NCBI GenBank assembly: GCA_040902225.1
Contig: JBBDXT010000007.1
Coordinates: 449,112-513,111, forward strand
Length of the DNA stretch: 64,000 nucleotides
From: Chloroflexota bacterium
GTDB lineage: Bacteria; Chloroflexota; Limnocylindria; QHBO01
Direction: 5' to 3'
Of the stretch, positions 29,640 through 39,038 are shown piece by piece. Made by a program: the position numbers and the translations under genes. Position 1 is the first letter of the stretch. Every line of letters begins with the position of its first letter. The notes beneath the pieces were generated by a model. That model ran no database searches and was not told the origin of the DNA. It saw only the letters and a list, made by a program, of their open reading frames with translations.

Positions 29640-30020
29640 ATGCGCAGTTCGCTCTTGGCAGCCATCGCGCCGATTGCCATCGTGGCGGCCGTCGGGGTGG
29701 GCGCTGCATCGGCCATGCCGTTGGTGGCGTCTACGATCGGAGCCGGGACGGCGGCGGTAAGTGCCTGTGACACCGACGGATTGACCTTCCATCACACGGT
29801 CGACACCTCCGGGCGTCTGACCGTCGTCACGGTTGGCTCCATGGCCGCGGCCTGTGCTGGCGGCACCCTGCGCCTGACGGTGACAAATGGGGCGACCAGC
29901 GCTGGCGAGGGAACGGTTGCCCTCCCATCGGCCGGATTCACCGGGTCGGCGGCGGTGACGCTCGGCCCACAGCCGTTGTCCACCGCCGTGACCGCCGTTT
30001 ACATCGTGGTGGAGGGATGA
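29640..30020 (+). CDS. small secreted protein, SipW-cognate-like (paralog 2)
   Basis: MRSSLLAAIAPIAIVAAVGVGAASA signal. Shares the pattern LGAGT.AA.SCDT.G......T.......TVV.V........C.G..L..T with paralog 1. Confidence 0.5.
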   Translation: MRSSLLAAIAPIAIVAAVGVGAASAMPLVASTIGAGTAAVSACDTDGLTFHHTVDTSGRLTVVTVGSMAAACAGGTLRLTVTNGATSAGEGTVALPSAGFTGSAAVTLGPQPLSTAVTAVYIVVEG

Positions 30021-30712
30021 GCGGCTTCGGAGCTCGCGCGCGGGGACGACCGAACGCCGTGGCAGTCGTCGGCATGCTGGCTGTCGCGCTCTGCGTCCTG
30101 ACCGCGTCCGTTGCCGCCGCGGCCGCCCTGTCCATCTCACCCGCGTTTCTGATGGGAGCGAGTAAGACATACGGAGCGCCCACCACCTGCACGCTGACGG
30201 CGGTTGCTGATGCCAGTGTCAACGCCGCGCAGGCGACGACGAATTTCGGCACGAACACCCAGCTGAATGTGAGCCCCGACTCGCTTGCGATCCGACGGAC
30301 ATTCGTCCGATTCGACCTGACAGGCTGTTCACCCACGATCCCTCCCGATGCAATCGTGCAGACGGCAACGGTGCGGCTCACCACGGCGTCGGCCGTGCTT
30401 GCCGCGCGCACGATCAACCTGAGGTCCGTGTCCGCTGCCTGGACCGAGGCCGCCGTCACCTGGAACAACCAACCGGCAGTCGCCGCTTCGAACACCTCCT
30501 CAGCGGACGTCACCCTTGGCCAGGCCGCGGGCACGGTCCTCTCGTGGACGGCCACCTCCGACATTCAGTCCTTCGTCGCGGGAGCCGCGACCGACTTCGG
30601 GTTCCGGCTGAGCGACAGCGCCGAGGGCACGGCGCTGGGTGTCCCGCTGGTCCTGAATGCTCGGGAGGGGGCCAGTGGCCTCCCGCAGGTTGTAGTGACG
30701 TACCTCAAGTGA
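30017..30712 (+). CDS. secreted beta-sandwich protein with TWNNQP motif (DNRLRE/CBM-like domain)
   Basis: Signal-anchor followed by RTFVRFDL...TVRL...INLRSVSAAWTEAAVTWNNQPAV, which resembles the DNRLRE-type domain. Family assigned from memory only. Confidence 0.45.
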   Translation: MSGFGARARGRPNAVAVVGMLAVALCVLTASVAAAAALSISPAFLMGASKTYGAPTTCTLTAVADASVNAAQATTNFGTNTQLNVSPDSLAIRRTFVRFDLTGCSPTIPPDAIVQTATVRLTTASAVLAARTINLRSVSAAWTEAAVTWNNQPAVAASNTSSADVTLGQAAGTVLSWTATSDIQSFVAGAATDFGFRLSDSAEGTALGVPLVLNAREGASGLPQVVVTYLK

Positions 30713-31365
30713 TGGGACGGTTCGTCGGAGCACTGCTCACCATCGCGGCGCTCGGCGCGGCCGTGGCCTGGTTCGTCATGCTTCGTCCCGCGGCGTTGGG
30801 CGGGCCTGCGGGCTACATCCTCGTCTCGGGGCGCAGCATGGAGCCGAACGTCCACGAGGGCTCCCTGGTCGTCACGCTCCGCCAGCCCGACTACCGCGCA
30901 GGCGACATCGTGGCCTACCGCATCCCGGCCGGAGAGCCGGCCGCCGGACTGCACGTCATCCATCGGATCTTTGGGGGTTCACGGGACGCCGGGTTCGTCA
31001 TGCGGGGCGACAATGCGAGCGGCTCGGACGTCTGGCGGCCCGGCCCGGATGACATCTTGGGAAAGGCGCAGGTCATCGTCCCGGGGGCGATGACGGTCCT
31101 GCTGTTCGCGCGCTCGCCGATCGTTGCCGCATCGACCGCGGCCGCGCTGGCCGTGTACCTGATCCTGGGGTTCTGGACGCCGAGACCCCGCGCGGCGAGG
31201 CCCGAGCCTGGTCGGTCGTACAATCCGGTGCCAAGCGACATGACGTTCACCGGCGATGCCGCCGCCCTACGAGGAGCCACCACCCGTGACAATAACCAGC
31301 ACCACCTTCAAGAACCTGATCGGCGGCCGATGGGTCGACGCCAGGTCGGGCGCGACATTCGATAG
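30712..31365 (+). CDS. signal peptidase I, SipW/archaeal-eukaryotic type (S26B)
   Basis: SGRSMEP catalytic-Ser motif after an N-terminal TM, and HRI further on. The ATG overlaps the upstream stop (GTGATGG). The C-terminal tail overlaps the next gene by about 80 bp. Confidence 0.65.
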   Translation: MGRFVGALLTIAALGAAVAWFVMLRPAALGGPAGYILVSGRSMEPNVHEGSLVVTLRQPDYRAGDIVAYRIPAGEPAAGLHVIHRIFGGSRDAGFVMRGDNASGSDVWRPGPDDILGKAQVIVPGAMTVLLFARSPIVAASTAAALAVYLILGFWTPRPRAARPEPGRSYNPVPSDMTFTGDAAALRGATTRDNNQHHLQEPDRRPMGRRQVGRDIR

Positions 31366-32800
31366 CCTCAGCCCGGCCAACCACGAGGATGTGATCGGCA
31401 CCTTCCCGGCCTCGAGCGCGGCCGATGTGGACGCAGCCGTCAAGGCAGCGAAGGCGGCATACCCGGCGTGGTCGCTCATGCCGGCGCCGAAGCGCGGCGA
31501 GATCCTGTTCAAGGTGGCGCGCATCCTGGCCGAGCACAAGGAAGAGCTGTCACGGCTCATGACCCGCGAGATGGGCAAGGTCCTGCCGGAGGCGCGCGGC
31601 GACGTGCAGGAGGCGATCGACGTCGCCTACTACATGGCCGGCGAGGGCCGGCGCCTGTTCGGGCAAACCGTGCCATCTGAGATGCCGGACAAGTTCGCGA
31701 TGGCCATCCGCAGGCCGATCGGCGTGGCCGGCATCATCACCCCCTGGAACTTCCCGATCGCGATCCCCGCCTGGAAGCTCTTCCCGGCGCTGATCTGCGG
31801 CAACACCGCGGTCATCAAGCCGGCCAGCGACACGCCGGCATGCGCCATTCGCTTCGTCGAGCTGCTGATGGAGGGCGGCATCCCGGACGGAGTGGTCAAC
31901 ATCGTGACCGGCTCGGGCGGCGAGGTCGGCAACGCCATCGTCGAGCATCCGGACGTGCGGGTCATCAGCTTCACCGGCCACACCGATACCGGCGTCGAGA
32001 TCAGCCGGCGCGCGGCCGAGACCCTCAAGCGCGTCAGCCTGGAGCTGGGCGGCAAGAACCCGATCGTCATCTGGGAGGACGCGGACCTGGGCCTCGCCCT
32101 GGACAGCGCCGTCTGGTCGGCCTTCGGGACAAGCGGCCAGCGCTGCACCGCGGCTTCACGCCTGATCGTGCATCGGTCCGTGCATGACACCTTCGTCGAG
32201 GCGCTCCGCAAGCGAGTGGCGGCCCTGGTGCTGGGAGACGGCCTGGACGAGAAGACCGATGTCGGGCCGGTCATCAACGACAAGGCGGTCGAGCGCATTG
32301 CGGCGTACGCCGCCATCGGTCGCAACGAGGCTGACCTGGTGATCGGCGGCGAGCCGGCGCGCGAGGCCGCCCTCTCCAAGGGGAGCTTCTTCCAGCCGAC
32401 CATCTTCACCGAGGTGAAGCCCGATGCGCGCATCGCGATGGAGGAGATCTTCGGCCCGGTGACATCGGTCATTCCGGTGGAGACGTGGGAGGAGACCGTG
32501 CGGATCGTGAACTCCGTCAAGTACGGCCTCTCGACCTCGCTCTTCACGCGCGACGTCAACCTGGCGTTCCGCTCGATCCGCGACTTCGACTCGGGGCTGG
32601 GGTACGTGAACCACGGCACCATCGGGGCCGAGGCGCACCTGCCGTTCGGCGGCACCAAGGCGACCGGCAACGGTCACCGCGAGGTGGGGCAGGCCGCACT
32701 CGACTTCTTCAGCGAGTGGAAGAGCGTCTACATCGACTACTCCGGGAAGCTGCAGCGGGCGCAGATCGACATGGACTTCGTCGACCAGGAGCAGGTCTAG
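31286..32800 (+). CDS. NAD(P)-dependent aldehyde dehydrogenase
   Basis: ALDH motifs LELGGKNP and GQRCTAASR. The likely start is GTG at 31286, 8 nt after gaggag. The called ORF begins at 31256. Confidence 0.8.
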   Translation: MTITSTTFKNLIGGRWVDARSGATFDSLSPANHEDVIGTFPASSAADVDAAVKAAKAAYPAWSLMPAPKRGEILFKVARILAEHKEELSRLMTREMGKVLPEARGDVQEAIDVAYYMAGEGRRLFGQTVPSEMPDKFAMAIRRPIGVAGIITPWNFPIAIPAWKLFPALICGNTAVIKPASDTPACAIRFVELLMEGGIPDGVVNIVTGSGGEVGNAIVEHPDVRVISFTGHTDTGVEISRRAAETLKRVSLELGGKNPIVIWEDADLGLALDSAVWSAFGTSGQRCTAASRLIVHRSVHDTFVEALRKRVAALVLGDGLDEKTDVGPVINDKAVERIAAYAAIGRNEADLVIGGEPAREAALSKGSFFQPTIFTEVKPDARIAMEEIFGPVTSVIPVETWEETVRIVNSVKYGLSTSLFTRDVNLAFRSIRDFDSGLGYVNHGTIGAEAHLPFGGTKATGNGHREVGQAALDFFSEWKSVYIDYSGKLQRAQIDMDFVDQEQV

Positions 32801-32807
32801 GCCGGGA

Positions 32808-33260
32808 TCAGCCGCGCGCTCGCAGCGCGGCCTCGATCTCGTCGAGGTGCTCCCCGCGGTGATCGCTGCGCCCAGGCCAGATCGGGCTGTCGGGGTCGCG
32901 GGGCAAGATTCGGTCCAGGGGCAGCTCCGCGACAAGCGCGTCGCACTGCTCGGCGATCCGCACGGCCAGCTGCGCGGCCTCCCTCGGGGGGATCGCGTGG
33001 ATCAGCGGACGGGTCGAGTCGTTGAGCCAGTCGCCGTCAGGCTCGGCGTCCCCCGGCGCCCACGGCTCGCCGCGCTCGATCTTCTCGGCGAGGACCAGGA
33101 CGCGGATGTCCCAGTACGCGATGTGACCGAGCACGCCGGCGATGGTCCAGTACTCGTTCACAGGAGCGGTAAGGGCTTCGTCGTCGAGCCCTTCGACGAG
33201 CGCGCGCAGACGCTCGCGCTCTCGAGTGTTCGCATCGATGTAGGACCGATCGTCAGCCAT
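32808..33260 (-). CDS. DinB/DUF664-like hypothetical protein
   Basis: 150 aa. NEYWTIAGVLGHIAYWD resembles DinB-fold metal-binding proteins. Weak assignment. Confidence 0.3.
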   Translation of the reverse strand: MADDRSYIDANTRERERLRALVEGLDDEALTAPVNEYWTIAGVLGHIAYWDIRVLVLAEKIERGEPWAPGDAEPDGDWLNDSTRPLIHAIPPREAAQLAVRIAEQCDALVAELPLDRILPRDPDSPIWPGRSDHRGEHLDEIEAALRARG

Positions 33261-33370
33261 GAGCCGATCTTACCTGCCGCGGGAGCAGGTCTGGGCGGGC
33301 ATCGGGCGCGCGCAGCATTACGGCGCGCGACTTTGCGTGATAAGCCTCTGCGTGCCACCATCGGCCGGCC

Positions 33371-34075
33371 ATGCGGCTTCCGTTCTTCCCGCTCCACCTC
33401 GTCCTCTTCCCGCATCTGCCACTGCCGCTCCACATCTTCGAGGAGCGCTATCGGGCCATGACCCACGACCTCCTGGCCGATGGCTCCCCGTATGCCGGCC
33501 GCTTCGTGATCAGCAGCGGTGGCGACGATGACGCGCCGGAGGGCTCGGTGGGCACCGTGGCCGAGGTGCGCCGCGCCGAGCGATTCGCCGACGGGCGCTG
33601 GGCGCTGGTGGTGGTCGGGGCCGAGCGCGTTTCGCTGGGTCCGGTGGATCGGTCCGGGACCTACGCGCTGATCGAGGTCCAGCCCCTGCCGGAATCGGTG
33701 GGAGACGCCGATACCGCGGGTCGGCTGCTCCCGGAAGTGCAGGCAGCACTGGATGCCTACCTCGACACGGTGAAACGCTTCGTGGCGTCGGCTGCGTCTG
33801 TAGGGCGAGAATCACAGGAGATCACCGACGTGGCCGCTTCCCTCGACGAGGTGCTCAAGCCGATCCGGCTGCCGGACGACCCCCTGGCCGCCAGCTACGC
33901 GGTGGCCGGGGTGCTGCAGATCGAGCTGAACCGCAAGCAGCAGCTGCTGGAGCTGCCCGACGGTGCGAGCCGCCTCGAAGCTGAGCTCAGCCTGCTGCGC
34001 CGTGAAGCGCGCCTCCTCGCTGATGGCGCCATGCCGCCGATCAGTCGCGACGACCTTCGCTACAACCCTAATTGA
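33371..34075 (+). CDS. LON N-terminal (substrate-binding) domain protein
   Basis: MRLPFFPLHLVLFPHLPLPLHIFEERYRAM matches the Lon N-domain start. No ATPase or protease domains. 234 aa. Confidence 0.7.
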   Translation: MRLPFFPLHLVLFPHLPLPLHIFEERYRAMTHDLLADGSPYAGRFVISSGGDDDAPEGSVGTVAEVRRAERFADGRWALVVVGAERVSLGPVDRSGTYALIEVQPLPESVGDADTAGRLLPEVQAALDAYLDTVKRFVASAASVGRESQEITDVAASLDEVLKPIRLPDDPLAASYAVAGVLQIELNRKQQLLELPDGASRLEAELSLLRREARLLADGAMPPISRDDLRYNPN

Positions 34076-35214
34076 TCGCCATGACCCCCCGCCGCCTCGC
34101 CGCCGGCCTGGCGGTCACGCTGCTGATGGCCGCCTGCGCTCCCGGCGTCAGCCCGACGCCCAGTGCGAGCGGGAGTGCCAGCCAGCAACCCTCGCCGATC
34201 GAGACGCCATTCGGCACCATCCTGCCGAGCGAGGTCGAATCGTCCGCGCCGAGCGTGACCGCCGGCCCGTCTGGAACGACCTACACGGTGCGTGGGGGCG
34301 ATACGCTCTCGTCGATCGCCCGGTCCTGGGGGACGACCGTGCAGCAGCTCCAGGCCTGGAACGCCAGCTCCCATCCCTCGCTCATCAGCGATCCGAACAC
34401 GCTCCAGGCCGGCTGGATCCTGGTCGTGGCGGGCGACCCGGGGGCGACGCCGCTGCCCACCGCAGCCCCCACCGGCGCGCCGACCCCCAGACCGACGCCC
34501 GCACCCAGCGGATGCCGGGCGGGCAACCGCGTGGCGGCCGGCACGCAGCAGACCTTCAGCACGATCCCGAACGCCGGGCACGGCGTGGCCCTCACCCTGG
34601 ACATGGGTGGCCGGCTGGAGCCCGGGATCGACATCCTCAACCTGCTGATCGCCAACCACGTGTGCGTGACGATCTTTCCGACCGGGGCCATGGCGCAGAC
34701 CGCCCAGGGCAAGCAGGTGATGGCGTTGATCAAGGCCCACCCGGAGCTGTTCGAGATCGGCAACCACACCATGCACCACTGCGACCTGGTGCGCGGCGGA
34801 GGAGGCTCGCCGACCACCGCGCCATGCGCCGGTGGGGCGCCGACCGCCGACTTCATTCGCACGCAGCTGACCGATGCGGCGGCCATCCTGAAGCAGCTCT
34901 CCGGTCAGCAGCCGGTCCCGTACTGGCGCCCGCCATATGGATCGGTGAACGCAGCGGTGCGCGACGCCGCGGCATCGGTGGGGTACACCAAGACCTTCAT
35001 GTGGGACATCGATACGATCGACTGGAAGCCGATCTCCGACGGCGGCCCGACCGCACAGCAGATCGCCACCAAGGTGATCAGCAACGCGCGCGACGGATCG
35101 AACGTGCTGATGCACCTGGGCGGATATCAGACGCTCAAGGCACTGGAGATCATGATCCCCGGCCTGCGCGACCGTGGCTTCCTGCTGACGAGCCTCTCCG
35201 ACCTGCTGAACTAG
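34072..35214 (+). CDS. LysM-domain polysaccharide deacetylase (NodB/CE4) lipoprotein
   Basis: Lipobox LLMAACAP, LysM (YTVRGGDTLSSIARSWGTTVQQLQAWN), Pro/Thr linker, then a CE4 domain (HGVALTLDMGG, GNHTMHH, PPYG). Confidence 0.7.
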   Translation: MIAMTPRRLAAGLAVTLLMAACAPGVSPTPSASGSASQQPSPIETPFGTILPSEVESSAPSVTAGPSGTTYTVRGGDTLSSIARSWGTTVQQLQAWNASSHPSLISDPNTLQAGWILVVAGDPGATPLPTAAPTGAPTPRPTPAPSGCRAGNRVAAGTQQTFSTIPNAGHGVALTLDMGGRLEPGIDILNLLIANHVCVTIFPTGAMAQTAQGKQVMALIKAHPELFEIGNHTMHHCDLVRGGGGSPTTAPCAGGAPTADFIRTQLTDAAAILKQLSGQQPVPYWRPPYGSVNAAVRDAAASVGYTKTFMWDIDTIDWKPISDGGPTAQQIATKVISNARDGSNVLMHLGGYQTLKALEIMIPGLRDRGFLLTSLSDLLN

Positions 35215-35960
35215 CTCGCGCCACCAAGACCTGGAGAGTCCGGCCGTCCCCACCACAGGCTGACCGCCAACCACAGGAGCCATACGAACAGAAGGGCCAG
35301 GCAGCCCACGATGATGAGGACGATGACGAGGTCCACCGGACCCAGGACGTCAACCAGGATCCGACCGGTCGCGCCGGTGCGCAGGCTGGACGCCACCATG
35401 CCCATGCCGCTTAGCAATGCCAGTCCACCGAATCGCGGCCACGCCTGGCGCAGCTGCCATCCAACGCCGATCAGCCAGGCGCCAAGCAGGGCCAGCTCCA
35501 AGGTTCCCCACAGGCCGGCCGCCACACCGCGACCGAGCGCCTCAAGGGCCACTCGGGCCGCTTCACGCGTTGATGCCGGGGCGGTCGCATATTCCAGGAG
35601 CAGCGACGGTCCGATGGTCGCGAGGAGCACGGCGCCGACGGCACCGATGAGCACCGCTCCGAGACCGCCCACCGTGAGCGCCGAGACGACGAGAGCATTG
35701 CCCTGCTGCAACCGTCCACCGACATAGAGCACCACCAGGGCAAACACCAGGTAGCCCGCCATGTCGAGGAGGGCGCCCCAGCGCAGCAGCTCGGCTACTC
35801 CAGGCCCCCGGTCGATGAGCGATCCGAAATGCGCAGCCGCGGGAAGATCGAAGCCGAAAGCTGCCGCCAGAAGAGGGACCGCAACGCCCTCCAGCAACGC
35901 GAGGAGAACGATGAGGGCGGCCATCGGACGATTTCGCTCCCGAAACGCCTCCATGTCCAT
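35211..35960 (-). CDS. polytopic membrane protein, unknown function
   Basis: 249 aa, about 6 predicted TM helices. No recognisable motif. Confidence 0.4.
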   Translation of the reverse strand: MDMEAFRERNRPMAALIVLLALLEGVAVPLLAAAFGFDLPAAAHFGSLIDRGPGVAELLRWGALLDMAGYLVFALVVLYVGGRLQQGNALVVSALTVGGLGAVLIGAVGAVLLATIGPSLLLEYATAPASTREAARVALEALGRGVAAGLWGTLELALLGAWLIGVGWQLRQAWPRFGGLALLSGMGMVASSLRTGATGRILVDVLGPVDLVIVLIIVGCLALLFVWLLWLAVSLWWGRPDSPGLGGAS

Positions 35961-36701
35961 CTAGGCTAGCATCCATCGGATGGCGGCCAACGTCGCCGTC
36001 GATGGCTCGGGCAACCTCGTGACGGTGGCCGCGCGTCGCATTGCCCAGGCGGTGCCGGCATCCACCGTCTCCCCGTCCGCGCCGGGATGCAGCCCTGCCA
36101 GCTCCATCTCACCGTCCAGGCCGAAGTGGTAGACGCCCAGCTGGGTGACAACGGCCGTGGGGCCAGCCCCTGCCCATAAAGGGCGTCCGCCGCTGCCGTC
36201 GGGGCGACGGTGACCGGGCGAGGTGACGAAGTCAACGCGTTCGACGAACGAGCGCATCGACTGGTTCATGACGATGATCACCCGCCCCGCGTTGAGAGCG
36301 ATCTCGCAGGCTCCGCCCGAGCCGGGCAACCGCACGCCGGGGTGGTCATATGAGCCGATGACGGTCGTGTTCAGGTTGCCCCAGCGGTCGATCTGCGCGG
36401 CGCCCAGCATCCCGACCTCGATCCGACCGCCCTGCAGGAAGCCGCCGAACAGGTCGCGCATGCTCATGGTGGCCGCTGACCCGGAGACGAGCGCGGGGTC
36501 GCCGATGCTGTCTGGCAGGCGCGTGGGTCGAGCCCCCACCACGCCGGACTCGTAGATCAGCTCCAGGTCGGGTGCGACCGATTGGCGGGCGAGGTTGGCG
36601 GCTGCATTCGGGAGCCCGATCCCCACAAAGACGGTCCGGACCCCGGCCAGCTCGGCGGCCGCGGCCGCGATCATCAGCTCGTCGGGCGTGGCATCGCTCA
36701 C
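35961..36701 (-). CDS. CoA-transferase subunit B (3-oxoacid/glutaconate CoA-transferase family)
   Basis: SGGRIEVGMLGAAQIDRWGNLN with a C-terminal GGA motif region, typical of family I CoA-transferase B subunits. Confidence 0.8.
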   Translation of the reverse strand: MSDATPDELMIAAAAAELAGVRTVFVGIGLPNAAANLARQSVAPDLELIYESGVVGARPTRLPDSIGDPALVSGSAATMSMRDLFGGFLQGGRIEVGMLGAAQIDRWGNLNTTVIGSYDHPGVRLPGSGGACEIALNAGRVIIVMNQSMRSFVERVDFVTSPGHRRPDGSGGRPLWAGAGPTAVVTQLGVYHFGLDGEMELAGLHPGADGETVDAGTAWAMRRAATVTRLPEPSTATLAAIRWMLA

Positions 36702-37606
36702 CGGTAGCTCCCGTAGTCGACGCTTCCCGAGGGGCGCGGCTCGGGGCGCAGCGCGTCAAGCCTGGCGGGCCCCATCCGGTCAACGTAGGCGGCTCGTCCA
36801 TCCAGGCCGCGCACCCACTCGTCGAGCCAGGCCTCGAGCCGATCCGGATCGCGGCTGACGGCGTCCCAGTCGCGATAGAACGCATTGTCGCGGTCGTAGT
36901 GACCCTGCGCGAACGACGGGTGGGCCCCGAACGGCTCCACACAGACGGCGTCCACCACCGTCCCCGGCAGCAGCGTGCGGTCGGGATCGTCGCGAATGAC
37001 CGATGAGTCGATCAGCTCCTCGACGACGGCGATGACGCGGCGCGCGGCGAGTGCCGCCTCTCGCTGCACCCCGACGATCCCCCAGGCCTGGACGTTGCCG
37101 TCGGCATCGGCGCGTTGCGCGTGGATGATCGTGACGTCCGGGTTGAGCGGCGGGACGACGGAGATCTCCTCCCCGTCGTATGGCGAGGCCACGCGGCGGA
37201 TCAGCGGATTGACCGTCGCCAGGTCGCTGCCGTCGTATGAGCGCAGGGGGAAGAAGGGGAGGCGGCTGGCCCCGGCGGCGTAGCGGGCCACCATGCCGTG
37301 GTGGCTGTACTCCTCGATCTCGAGCTGGCCGGCCTCGATGGCGCGACGGATTGCGTGCAGCGACCCGACGCCGGGGTTGCCGAGCCAGGAGAAGACCAGC
37401 TTCGAGGCGCACCCCGCCGCCACCATCTGGTCGTAGACGAGGTCCGGCGTCAGTCGCGCCAGGGTAAGGTCGCGCCGGCCCTGGCGGATCACCTCGTGGG
37501 CAGCGGCGAAGCTGATCAGGTGGGTGAAGCCCTCGATCGCCAGGGTGTCGCCGTCGTGGACGTGGGCGGCGATCGCCTCGCGCAGGGGGACGACTTTTGC
37601 GGACAT
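36698..37606 (-). CDS. CoA-transferase subunit A
   Basis: 302 aa. N-terminal VHDGDTLAIEGF and family I CoA-transferase A-subunit architecture. Its stop overlaps the subunit B start. Confidence 0.8.
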   Translation of the reverse strand: MSAKVVPLREAIAAHVHDGDTLAIEGFTHLISFAAAHEVIRQGRRDLTLARLTPDLVYDQMVAAGCASKLVFSWLGNPGVGSLHAIRRAIEAGQLEIEEYSHHGMVARYAAGASRLPFFPLRSYDGSDLATVNPLIRRVASPYDGEEISVVPPLNPDVTIIHAQRADADGNVQAWGIVGVQREAALAARRVIAVVEELIDSSVIRDDPDRTLLPGTVVDAVCVEPFGAHPSFAQGHYDRDNAFYRDWDAVSRDPDRLEAWLDEWVRGLDGRAAYVDRMGPARLDALRPEPRPSGSVDYGSYR

Positions 37607-37616
37607 GCCGGCGAGG

Positions 37617-38987
37617 CTAGCCGCCGGTCTCTTGCATCCCCTTGACCGGCCTCGCCGCGGCGTCGATGGCCTCGCCGAAGAGGCGAATCGCGGTGTCGAT
37701 GGCGGCCTCGTCGACGATCAGCGGCGGGCAGAGCCGGATCGTCGCCTCGCCGCACTCCAGGAGCAGCAGCCCGCGCTCGAAGGCGGCCAGCTCGACCGCG
37801 TTGGCGGCCTGGTGGCTGGCGAACTCCACCCCCAGCATCAGGCCCACGCCCCGGATGTCCCGGACGCCATCGTGCTCACTCGCGACCTGCTCGAGCCCTG
37901 CCCGCAGGCGCGCTCCCATCCGAGCGGCGTTCTCCATCAGGCCGCCCTCGATCAGGTCCATGGTGGCTTTGCCGGCCGCCGCGCAGATTGGGTTGCCGGC
38001 GAATGTCGAGCCGTGGGCACCGGCCGGCCAGGTCATGACCGAGTCGCGGGCCACGAAGGCGCCGAGCGGCATCCCCGACGCGATTCCCTTCGCGGTTGTG
38101 ACGATGTCCGGCTCGACCCCTGCGTGCTGGATCGCCCACCAGCGACCGGTGCGACCCATGCCGGATTGGACCTCATCGGCGACCAACAGGATGCCGTGCT
38201 CATCGCACAGCTCGCGCAGCCCCGTGAGGAACGATGCCGGCGCCGGGAAGTAGCCACCCTCGCCCTGGATCGGCTCGATCACGATCGCTGCCACGTCATC
38301 GGGCGCGATCAGCCGGCCCAGGATGCTCTTGCGCAGGACCTCGAGCTCGGCGCTGCCATCGCCTCCGGACCCCTCCTTCCAGCTGCGAATGCGGGGGAAC
38401 GGAGCGTGGTAGACCATCGGCAGCAGGGGACCGAAGCCAGCGCGCTGCTTGATCTTGCTGTTGGTCAGCGACAGGGCGCCCATGGTGCGGCCGTGGAAGG
38501 CGCCCTCGAAGGCGATCAGCCCGGGGCGATGGGTGTGGTGGCGCGCCAGCTTGATGGCGCCCTCGACCGCCTCGGTGCCCGAGTTGGTGAGGAAGACCCG
38601 CGCCCGCTCCTCGAACGGCGCGATGCGGGCCAGGTGCTCGGTCAGCTCCAGGTAGCGTGGCTCGTAGAAGTCGGTCGCGGCGATGTGGATCAGCCGATCG
38701 GCCTGGGCCTTGATGGCCTCGACCACCTTGGGGTGACGATGGCCGGTCGAGCAGACCGCGATGCCGGCCGCGAAGTCGAGGAAGCGGTTGCCGTCGACGT
38801 CAGTTACGACGTAGCCGTCGCCGGTCTCGGCGACCAGCGGATAGGCGCGTGTCAGGCTGGGGCTGACGACCGCGTCGTCTCGTGCGATGAGCGCCTGGGC
38901 ACGTGGTCCCGGCAGCTCGGTGACGATGTGCGGCGCCGTCACGCGGGCAGCCGCCGAGGGAGTGGTCTCGAGGGACATCGGTACCAA
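37617..38987 (-). CDS. gabT: class III aminotransferase (4-aminobutyrate aminotransferase-like)
   Basis: PLP motifs LLVADEVQSGMGRTG and TTAKGIASG (Lys of the Schiff base). 456 aa. Confidence 0.8.
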   Translation of the reverse strand: MVPMSLETTPSAAARVTAPHIVTELPGPRAQALIARDDAVVSPSLTRAYPLVAETGDGYVVTDVDGNRFLDFAAGIAVCSTGHRHPKVVEAIKAQADRLIHIAATDFYEPRYLELTEHLARIAPFEERARVFLTNSGTEAVEGAIKLARHHTHRPGLIAFEGAFHGRTMGALSLTNSKIKQRAGFGPLLPMVYHAPFPRIRSWKEGSGGDGSAELEVLRKSILGRLIAPDDVAAIVIEPIQGEGGYFPAPASFLTGLRELCDEHGILLVADEVQSGMGRTGRWWAIQHAGVEPDIVTTAKGIASGMPLGAFVARDSVMTWPAGAHGSTFAGNPICAAAGKATMDLIEGGLMENAARMGARLRAGLEQVASEHDGVRDIRGVGLMLGVEFASHQAANAVELAAFERGLLLLECGEATIRLCPPLIVDEAAIDTAIRLFGEAIDAAARPVKGMQETGG

Positions 38988-39038
38988 AACTCCGACCGGA
39001 GCGGCGCGTCCTGCCCGCGCCCCTGGCTAGATGGGTCG

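Noticed and set aside
31256-31365. 80-bp overlap between the SipW-like gene tail and the aldehyde dehydrogenase start as evidence of a frameshift
   Set aside because: The ALDH most likely starts at GTG 31286 after GAGGAG. The SipW tail is non-conserved and may simply read through. No interrupted motif is visible, so I did not call a pseudogene.
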